A stretch of 62,625 nt of DNA, counting the filler, from Collodictyon triciliatum (Eukaryota): the NCBI GenBank assembly GCA_043381765.1. It is 4 parts of 4 records of this genome, joined end to end, with 100 filler letters (N's around TTAATTAATTAA, not from the genome) between each part and the next. Parts side by side here need not be neighbours in the genome. Positions count along the whole stretch, not along the records: positions 39,238 to 56,630 come from JBHJMP010001071.1; positions 56,731 to 62,625 come from JBHJMP010001114.1; 2 more parts are not named here. One strand, written 5' to 3'. This document shows, in pieces, positions 53,113-62,625 of the stretch. Every line of letters begins with the position of its first letter. Position 1 is the stretch's first letter. The position numbers were made by a program, and so were the translations under genes. The notes beneath the pieces are model-generated. The model saw only the letters and a program-made list of their open reading frames with translations. It was not told the origin of the DNA and searched no databases.

Positions 53113-56100
53113 GGTGGTAAATTAGATATTATAAATATTAGAATAAAGCAAGACCTTAACTTCATATCTCTTTTAAAATATGACTGGTTCATATCAGGGA
53201 GACTGTCGTACATTTAAGTGTTACAATCAGATTGAAATTTAAGCATTTTGAAACCCGCTTACAATGTATACTTAATCATATATAATTTAAAATAAATAAA
53301 TCCGAACTATACACGAATCAAAACACATCAAATACATTTTTTACAGTAACTTCACTGACGATTGTTTGAAGAAACCCCGAGACAAGGATTCATGAGCATA
53401 TTTCCAAATAAAACCTTTTAGCATAAATATCCTTTAGTAATTCAATTATAATACAAATACTGCTGTTCGATTTGGTGATTGAATAAAATTTTAAAATAAA
53501 ACCTCTTTTCATGAGACGTGCTCAGGCACTTTGGACTCCCAGAAAACCTTTGATAGATATGTTAAATATTGATATACTAAATGGGTAGATATATGAATAT
53601 GAAAATTAATCGTTGAGATTTTTGAAATAAGAGCCTAACTTGCAAAAAAGAAATAATCAGCACAAATTCTCGACTATTAAACATTCTCAAAATGTAATTC
53701 ATCACTTTCATTTGCTTTATTGGTCAGTTTTCTTTTGAAACATTGCAATTTACTTTCATTAATATACAAATAACTAAAGTATGGAAACTGTTCTTTGCAG
53801 TAAAATAAAAGGATTGCATTCTATCGTCAAATTCTTAATGCTTGGTATATTAATCGATAAAATCTTATATCTAAACTATATTTGATTTTAGATGCGTTAT
53901 ATTATGCTCAATTATGAACTCATAAATAGGTATGAATGAAGCCTAAAGATTTAGGGAAGAATGCACAAAGATGTGAATTCAATTTTAATTGAAAATTAAA
54001 AAATGACTTGTGTGAATGTAAACATTAAATTGGATCAAGATATCCCTCTCTTCAACACACAATAAATTTTTTTACCAAATATCTGATTAGAGAGGGTTTT
54101 CTGAAGTATATAGAAAAAAGAAATTTTAATGTAAAATAATATTAAATATACAATAGGAAATTTCTAAAAGTGTAGTTTTGCAGATAAAATTAATAAACCT
54201 AGGTAAAGTAACAATTCAGTGCAGAAAAAACACTTTTTATTCATCCCCAATCGAAAGTTTCATGAAAATCAGTCCCGATAAAAGAATTTTAAAAAAAAAT
54301 TCTATCCTTATCGTGATTGACATTAAAGAGGATTCATGATTCGTTTTTCGATGGAAATACAAAAAAAATTATAAAAATTGTAATTTGAGATAACCAGAAA
54401 ATGATGCATAATTGATTGGTAACATTACCTTTGGTCTCTTCTTTTCCAAAGAACGGATTTGAAAATCTTCAAAACCGGTGAGAAGTATTCTGACTTGAAG
54501 ATATTACTTGGTGCATGAATAACTCTCTGATGTTTCGATCATATATTCGTTCTTAGATCGTCCGGTTTAAGATATAAAATTTTAATTAAGAAAGTTGCGA
54601 AACCATTGATTAAATTCATACATTTTGAAAGAAAAGACCAAAGTTCTGCTGCACAAAAACCGTAAAGAAATCTGTCATAATAAAGTCAACTATTCATACA
54701 TATATGAATGTCCTCCAAATTTGTAGTATGCCTCTTTAGCAACCTGGTTTATATCGCCTATATCGGTTAATCACTCACTACAATAATGTCGTAAATCGAA
54801 TTAATTATACATTTCAATACTGAATAAGAAATTATATTTACCAGGTGTACGACAAGAAGCCATGTATATGTTACACCATATGAAAAAACCTCTAGGTGAT
54901 ATAAAAATTCCGCATTAAGTCAAAATAAGAGAGATAGCACCAAAATCTTTCGGAGGTGGATAAGATATTTAAGAATCGATTATATTCTAAAATCCATGAT
55001 AGACTGAATGATATCTGGTAGAATTTAGCAAATATCTTATTCTTAGATGAGAAAAATAACACCTGTCTTAGCTTAGAGATAAAATTAAGACAGTCTCACC
55101 TGCACCGATGTAGAACGATTGAATAGGAGGTTCCTCATTAATGGCTAAGGACGAGTTTTATTATTTTTTAGGGTAACGTCAATAAACTAAATTTTCAATT
55201 TAATTCATTAAAATGAAAATAGGCTTGCTGAATTGACGGGGTATGAAATGAAAATTTAGTATCTTGAATTTTCTCACAATATGAGAGGAAATTAAAGGGA
55301 ACTTATTGACTTATCTAAATAATATTTTTCGTTCCATAACTAAGTTGAAATCTTGATGAACTTATTCTATGATTCGGATACGATTTAATGAACTTCTTAA
55401 AAAAGAATATATATACATATATAAGTCAGCGTTGTAACGTCTATCGATGTATATAATAACAGAATAAGGAAAGGCACTCGACTATGTAGTTTTAGAACAT
55501 CATATCAGGTTCTAATATTAAGGAGTATTATCAAGAGGATGAAAGGGGATATGCGTATAATTTCTATTTTGAATTAATTGTGAACATGCGCGTATTGATT
55601 TCGTATGATTCAGTTTGATATGTGACTAAAAGTTTCAAAAATTTTTTTAGTTATTTCGACACTCTGAAAAAATCATACCATCCCACAAACAATATGTTGA
55701 TTTGGTCCTACTTTTCCAATTTTTAGATAACGAATCATTACTCTTTTCACTTTGTACTGTTACACTAGGCTGTAAGAATTGTACCATAACGCATCATACA
55801 CTTTACGACAGATTACCATTTCATCATGAAGCTTCACTTCCTGCCGATCTAGGAGTTTGTGGTTGCGTATTAATTCTTGGAGAACTTCAATACTACGTCT
55901 CTTGTAAGTAGAATAGTATGATATGATATTCTGCGGCCTTGTCTATAATACATAAAGTATGTTAGTTAGACTCACACATTTGCGCCAGTTTTATTTAGAG
56001 AGGAAAAGGTAAGTCTTTATCGAAGCTTCCCTCTACTCACTAGGCAGCATTTCCTCATTTTGGGAGCGAGCAGTGCAGCAAAGCAGCAATGGCTTTGGGC

Positions 56101-56547
56101 TTGTAAGGTTGCTTGATCAAGTGGCGGCTCTTCAAGAGAAAAGCCTTTGCTGGCACCGACATGGAACAAAAGGCTTGGTTTCTGAGGTCACTCCAGGCGA
56201 GTAGCTCACGGTGATTTTCGAGCAAAATCGCTTGCAGTGGACGGAACGCACGATTTCTGGATTGCACAGAGGCTAAACATGCATTTTATCATGTTTTTGT
56301 TGCTGCAAGGATTCTCAACCTCGCGATTACTAGGGCGTTTTATTTTAGAAAGTTGCCTCAGGGCGTAGTGTTTTAGAAGTGTTGATCGAGACTTTTTTCT
56401 TTCGCTGTTTTCTTTTCTTTTCTTTTTTCTGAAACGACAAGTATATTGTGCTGATTCTGTTGCGCGGCACTGTGGTCGTGTGGATATTAGCTTCATTTTT
56501 TCTCTTTGAAATGGTAAATGACCTGCTTGATGATTATTTCTCAAGCA

Positions 56548-56579
56548 ACAAAAAAAAAAGACAAAAAAGAAAAAAAAGA

Positions 56580-56630
<51 letters not shown>

Positions 56631-56730
56631 NNNNNNNNNNNNNNNNNNNNNNNNNNNNNNNNNNNNNNNNNNNNTTAATTAATTAANNNNNNNNNNNNNN
56701 NNNNNNNNNNNNNNNNNNNNNNNNNNNNNN

Positions 56731-56827
<97 letters not shown>

Positions 56828-56832
56828 TATTA
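56548..56832. repeat. Poly(A) and (TAT)n tracts around linker gap 56631-56730
   Basis: Homopolymer and trinucleotide repeats flanking the N-linker-N gap. Confidence 0.9.
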
Positions 56833-56878
56833 TTGCCGCTTTCACTTTCAGGTTTACTTTTGTGTATTCTACCTCTAG

Positions 56879-57234
56879 GCTGTTCAATCTGGTCAAACTG
56901 TGGAGTTTCTGAAGGCCTGGGTGGAAAAAAACCATGAAGTCCCATTTGTCGAGCAGGTTGTTCATCCTACTGTCTTGTATTTTCTTCTTTTATTTTTGTC
57001 TTGTTTCTGTGCCTGAGTCACCATGAACTCCACGGACTGCCTTTCTATTCAAAATTTTGACAAGCTCCAAACTTTCTTTCCTCGCATTTATTGCAGAAGT
57101 TATATTTCCAAGGAAAGCATCTCGCAGACCCCCTCACCCTCAACGACTTTCCTGACCTTGTGGCATCCTCAAATCCAGAAATCGAAGTTCGAAAAGTACG
57201 TCTTTGTCGGGCCGTGATAAATGAAAGCCATTAA
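56879..57234 (+). CDS. Small ubiquitin-like (beta-grasp) domain protein, partial (5' exons unresolved or in the gap)
   Basis: Exon 56879-56956 (AVQSGQTVEFLKAWVEKNHEVPFVEQ) splices phase 0 to the exon from 57097 (KLYFQGKHLADPLTLNDFPDLVASSNPEIEVRK..). This matches the ubiquitin pattern TVxxLK..xPxxQxLxFxGKxLxD..TLxDy. It is not in the supplied ORF track. Confidence 0.72.
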
Positions 57235-57454
57235 AAAGAAAAAAAGAAAAAGGGATAAAGAAAGAGCAGGGAAAGGAAGATAATTGATTTCTCCATAAAT
57301 ACACTAGTAAGCAAAGCAAAGCAAAGCAAAGTACAGGCAGCCAGCAACCAGTTCGATGCAACATCCCTCGTTTTCTCCGCCATTTAAAGAACGCACTCTT
57401 CCTTTTCTGCCATCCAAAGAACAATAAATTCGTTTTTGTCTTTTCCGTTTTTTT

Positions 57455-57506
<52 letters not shown>

Positions 57507-57953
57507 CTTGTTTTTTCTTTATTTTATTTTTTATTTTTCTGTCTCGTTACGTACATAACATTGTCAAAGACGAATGTGCAACAAATTATAATAATATAGT
57601 AATGCCTTTCCATCGGCATTCCTGCTCGCACCTTTTTAATCATCGGCACTAACACGGGAGAGATGCACAAGAAACACCACCCCTTTCGCCACCGTGTGAG
57701 AAATATATTTAGGACGCATTTTATTAATCCCGACTGCTCCTTCGTATGAAAGAATCTTTCGCATTCCGATGTCGAAGCGGACTATTTATTCCTTCACAGA
57801 GTCCACTGTGTGGCGGAGAAGAACTCTATATTGGGGCAGAATGATAGAAATGGACGAATGAATGCGATGAGTTCAGATGATAACGGGAAGCGCAAGTGGA
57901 AAGGAGAGGCAGACTATTCCTGTTCTTACGGGCGATTATCTTGATTAAAGTTG

Positions 57954-60900
57954 TTACTTTTCGAGGATTTCCTTGAATGCAGCCCGAGCAGAGTCGATGA
58001 TTTCGGGAGGGAATCGACCCGGACTTCCGTACACTGTGATGATACAATTCAATTGCGACACAAACATCAAGGTACTTTCTACAAAGATTCAAGCACGTCT
58101 CGCAGTGGCAAACACAGTCAGACTGGGTGCGCTTTGTTTTGTGTGGCTGGTGGGGGTTATGATGGTGTGGTGATGATTCTTACCTAAGAGAATCTCGCTT
58201 ATTTGGGGACACAGCTCGGGAAAGGCAGCGGCGATTCGTGGGAGGGAGGATAGGCAGAGTGGAAGGTCTTTCATGGGAATAGAGTCTTGCTTTTGGAGAA
58301 TCGAGATGATGGTGTTTCCAATCTGGAGGCTGAACGAATAGGTGCATTGGTTTAAAATGCTTCCCTTTTTTATGTGTGTCTTTTATATAAGTTTTTCAGA
58401 TACCTTCGATCAAGAGGGTACTTTTCTGAAATGTGTGAACCTAGCAGGATTCCAAATATCCTTCGCTCTGTTTGCTGAGTTGTAAATCAAATAAAGTTCA
58501 ATCAAACACTTTTTCCCCCAATACCCATCATCATCATAATGATAATCACAATAACAATAATAATCTGCGAACAATGGCCTCAAAAGCAATCATAAATATC
58601 TTGATTTCTTTAACAACGATGCTTTGACATGAAACCAAACCGAATCCATCAGCAACTCTGGTAGAAACTCCATACAGATGTCTATATCAATGAGGTGTGT
58701 CAGTTACCATGAACAGTTCTCATAAGGATGAATTATATGCTACTGTTGTTTGTAAAGCTTAGTGGATTACGCATGGATGGGATTCCCTTGACCGTCGTCG
58801 GCAGGAGTGTTGGATGATATCCTTGATAATGGACCTGTATAACGAATTCCAAAGATGAAAATGAAGATGCACAAGTTATCATCTCGGAAACTTATTTCAA
58901 TCGTTACTGATTTGAAAAATTAGAAAAAAAATGTATTAAAAAAACCGCTAACCAATTTCATGATTTCTTTGCTTTCGAGAAAGGTCTGGTGGATAAACTT
59001 GCAAATCATGCCACGAATTTCATCAAAAGCCCCTGAACGAACGCCGTTTAATACTTAATCATTGGGATATTATTAGAATGTAATAGGAAAGATTACAAAG
59101 AGAGAAGTGTGTAAGTATATCAAGCTGAATAAAGATATAATTAAGAATAAATCTATAGAGAACCCTTGTTTGTTTGTTCTCCTTTCTCAAGACACAGTTC
59201 AAGAAGGATTTGAACCATCGCTGATTCGTAAGTGATTGCGTAAGGTGTGGGTTTGGACTAAAAATGCAATAATTGTGGTTTATTTATTAGTTTATTTTTA
59301 GCTTATTTGAAAAATAAAACGAATAAAGAAAACAAATATTGTGAGGGAACATGTCTAATGTACCCTGATGAAAGGGAATAGATATTTTAGGTTTTAATTT
59401 GGTGGCTTTCTGACCATGCCAACTATAATTTGCTTTGATGTCGAAAGATTTTTGAATGCAGCCCTCAGATGGGAAACAATCTAGATATACAACAAGTTTA
59501 TTCATGTTCTATGTTCCAAGAAGCAGAATCTGAAATATGCAAATGAATCGTAACTTGAGAGAAAATAGATAGCGTAACCCCATATTAAGATTGCTATGAC
59601 ATCATCACCTCGATTAAAATGGAGAAAAGTAAGGGCTCGGTCAAAATGTACTTATCCACTCCAAGAGAAAGGATAGGGTCTTGTACAAAGTCTGTGTAAC
59701 TCAACATTTCCTCAGAGCTTCATAATCAATAAATCAATTATGAATAATAATAAACAAAAAAAAAAAGTTGATCAGTAAGAAACAAAAGCGAGAAAAGATC
59801 ACAATAGATGACCTCGAAATAACCCAAATGACTTAATTCATATAGATGGAATGTTTCTTACCCACGAAAAATATTTGATGTCTGTAAGACACATTCGAGT
59901 GGATCTTGTTCGTACAACTTGAACCAGATTGTGTTCGAAAGTATCAGGATTCTATGATCGACTCTTTTGATGGAAAAAGTAAAAGTTTTTTCAGGTTAAT
60001 GATATGCACATATCCAATCGCAAGATTTGGATCATGCAATAGAAGGTAGCTAAAACATATACAAAGTGTCTTTAAAAGGACATATAAAGTGAGTAACTAG
60101 CGGAAGAGCATTACTTCTCTCTTAAAAGAATGATTTTTCTCATCAACTTTGATGATAGTGCTGTCGTCAGATGCTTCAGCCCATTAGGAGCCATTTGTGT
60201 TATAAAGACCAAAGCTAAATAAAATTATTGGGATAAGCACAATTTCGGTTCAAACAAGCTCAGAATTATTTTCTTTGACTGGGTAACTAATTAAATCAAT
60301 ATTCGCAGCTAAATTGTATTCTTTGTTATGATAAACTATTTTCCACATTTTCATAAAGGCGTTGACTCATTCTTATATATTTTACCATCAATCAAACTAT
60401 TTGAGTCTAAGTGGGCATTCTCGATTAGCATGTCGATGTTCCTTTTAATATCACTAGACCAAGTTTCACTTTTATTTGTTGATTTCTCGAGGGTTTGAAC
60501 TTCATTAATGCAGGAATTGTGATACATTAAAAATTACCTCTCTGAGTGTAAATCCAATCGGTCACTCAAACTTGTCATGTGGGATATATGACCGTGTGTA
60601 TTTCCATGTTTTTTTCTTTAAAAAAATAATTTCGAGCTTAAAGAGGTATTAACTAACACATTTAAACCTTAAATTAAATTAGAAGATCAAAAGTAAGATT
60701 TGTTATGAATTAATATTACAATAATATCTGAGACCAATGAGCAACCAAACATGTGCTCGGAAAATCAATCAAACATGCAGATTTAAATTCAGATAGAATC
60801 AAATCACAAGACTTACTGGATAGCCTCCAAATCCTCAGACATTATCAACTGGGGTACGTTTGAGTGCTCTGGAAAAAGCGAGACGAAGAGGGCGAAAAAT

Positions 60901-62535
60901 GGCGGGAATATGTTGACAAATAGAGATTTTCTACTTTCAACCATCGAGAATATACTTTTAACAGATATTTTGTGCATAATCTCGGCAGGATATTCTATTG
61001 ATGGGGGGCTAAATTACGATGGATAAAAAGAACGGGATAAAGCAGGGGATGAGAGGTAACGTGTGTCGATTATTATTTTCTCATAATCTTCAACTTGGAT
61101 GCCTGTAAAGCGACACGAAATATACAATGGGTAAAACTCCGCGTCATTGAATTAGTAAAAATATGTGAACGTAATATGTATATCTAACCCTTAAGCTCCT
61201 TTAATCCAGAGCGGGCGCCTTTTGACTAAGTAGGTGAAAAGATTTGTCGAGAGAAATGGGTCAGTAGCATCCAATAACTGCGATTCGATTATTATTTTTT
61301 TTTTAAAAAAAACACCGAGGGTATGGACAAAGTTTTGTTGATTTGAACATGAACCTTTTCTTCGGGTGTGAGTTTTCTAACAGCAGAGTTGTAATACATT
61401 ATATAATACAGACATATGCACTGAGTGGCCAAAGAGGAAAAATCTGTCCGAATAATGATACAATATGATATGAAACGAGGCAATGTTCTCTCTCTTTTTT
61501 TTTATGTAATGAAAATAGAGTGCTTTGCATTCTCAGTACATTTTTGTCAGATATTTATATATCAGCTATACCCTCGCATTCTGCCTGGAAAATAGTGAAA
61601 ATCTCTGATTCTGTTAATGGAGTATAAGAAAAAGAAGACTCTGCTCTCATCGGCATCATTCTTTTACATTTATGCATTATTAAGTAAACCATTGATAGAA
61701 TATTTCCAAAAAATGCATGTGGAACGAAGAGAGAAACTATGAATTTATGACTAAAATAGGGCAAAAAATATTGATATGATTGAGGATATACTGTAATACC
61801 CATTCACGTATTCCTCAACCATGGACCCGGCTAGCTGATGCATCGGCAGGCTGACTAATTGATTAAGTATTTGATATTGAAATGGAGAAATGGAGAAATG
61901 GAGAAATGAGTAATGGCTCATCTGAACACATTAAATGGTGTGCCGAAATATTTGTAGGAATGAGATCCTCAGATTGATCTTATGACAATAGTGTAGTGAA
62001 TTTCGATATGCATGTGGATATAGTGTTGTAGATAATAGAACCGTTTTTTATTTGGGATAATATCCATTGGTGGACGTCGACTCTGTATCTCCGAAATAAA
62101 CCAGCTTTCATGCCCTCATACATAAAAATCGGGGCGATGTCTTTGTGTCTAGCAGAAAGCTTTGAGGATATTAAGTATTACATCAATTACTATTATGATT
62201 ATGGCTATCAATATTGTTGCTGTTATCTTTATTAATATTAGTTTTATCAGTGTTGCTTTTTTTCCCTTTAATCAGTGTTACTTTCTAAATAGACAATTTC
62301 AAAAACGTTCATAGGTCAATGATAGGAAGGTATTTCTTAATTTTACATCGGATATTGCCGAGAGGTTTATAGCGCGTGTCAAGATGGTCTCCAGAGGCAA
62401 CACACCGCTGCTCACGAGGTCCTTCACTTTTGATAAGCTTTCCGTATCTGGTAACACGAAGGCATATTTAAGGGTCAGTTGTCCACAAGCCCCCCGGCAA
62501 TTAAAGTGGTCGCTGATGTACATAGTATAGTGTTT
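57954..62535 (-). CDS. INTS2: Integrator complex subunit 2, multi-exon, 5' partial
   Basis: Spliced peptides: ATQCICLYYIMYY, DFVQDPILSLGVD, EIRGMICKFIHQTF..KLVHYQGYHPTLLPTTVKGIPSMHICMEFLPEL, IFGILLGSHISEKYP, LPRIAAAFPEL. These match the INTS2 C-terminal signature (LVHFQGY..GIPSMHIC.DF.PEL). Stop is TAA 57954. Confidence 0.9.
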
Positions 62536-62569
62536 CTAGAATTTTAAAAGGGTGCTCAATTTTAGCCTT

Positions 62570-62612
<43 letters not shown>

Positions 62613-62625
62613 AGAAAAAAAAAAA

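Noticed and set aside
59410-61110. Apparent in-frame stops in INTS2 exons suggesting a non-standard genetic code or pseudogene
   Set aside because: They resolve with ordinary GT-AG introns (for example VDKYILTEPLLFSILIE|IVSHLRAAF). TAA, TAG and TGA all act as true stops elsewhere in the window.

Overview
AT-rich, intron-rich eukaryotic (protist-like) genomic scaffold. It uses the standard genetic code and GT-AG introns, carries many intronic microsatellites, and has four assembly gaps, three of which contain an artificial TTAATTAATTAA linker. Splicing exons by hand gives about 13 protein-coding genes. In order they are: a TKL kinase (5' partial), a secreted or single-pass ProX/OpuAC-type solute-binding protein, a RING-coiled-coil-NHL (TRIM-like) E3, a cAMP-receptor/GCR1-family GPCR head-to-head with an MLO-family 7TM protein, an intronless multi-TM orphan, a degenerate sulfotransferase-like protein, MFSD5, a large CCDC162-like coiled-coil gene, an ADCY10-like soluble adenylate cyclase/STAND NTPase, an LRR + Cys-rich + multi-TM receptor, a small ubiquitin-like protein and INTS2 (5' partial). 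The most notable items are seven consecutive 69-nt one-LRR-per-exon cassettes in the LRR receptor, a non-plant MLO, and an Arg-to-His change at the catalytic arginine of the cyclase. All family calls come from motif recognition, not database searches. No RNA genes, CRISPR arrays or mobile elements were recognised.
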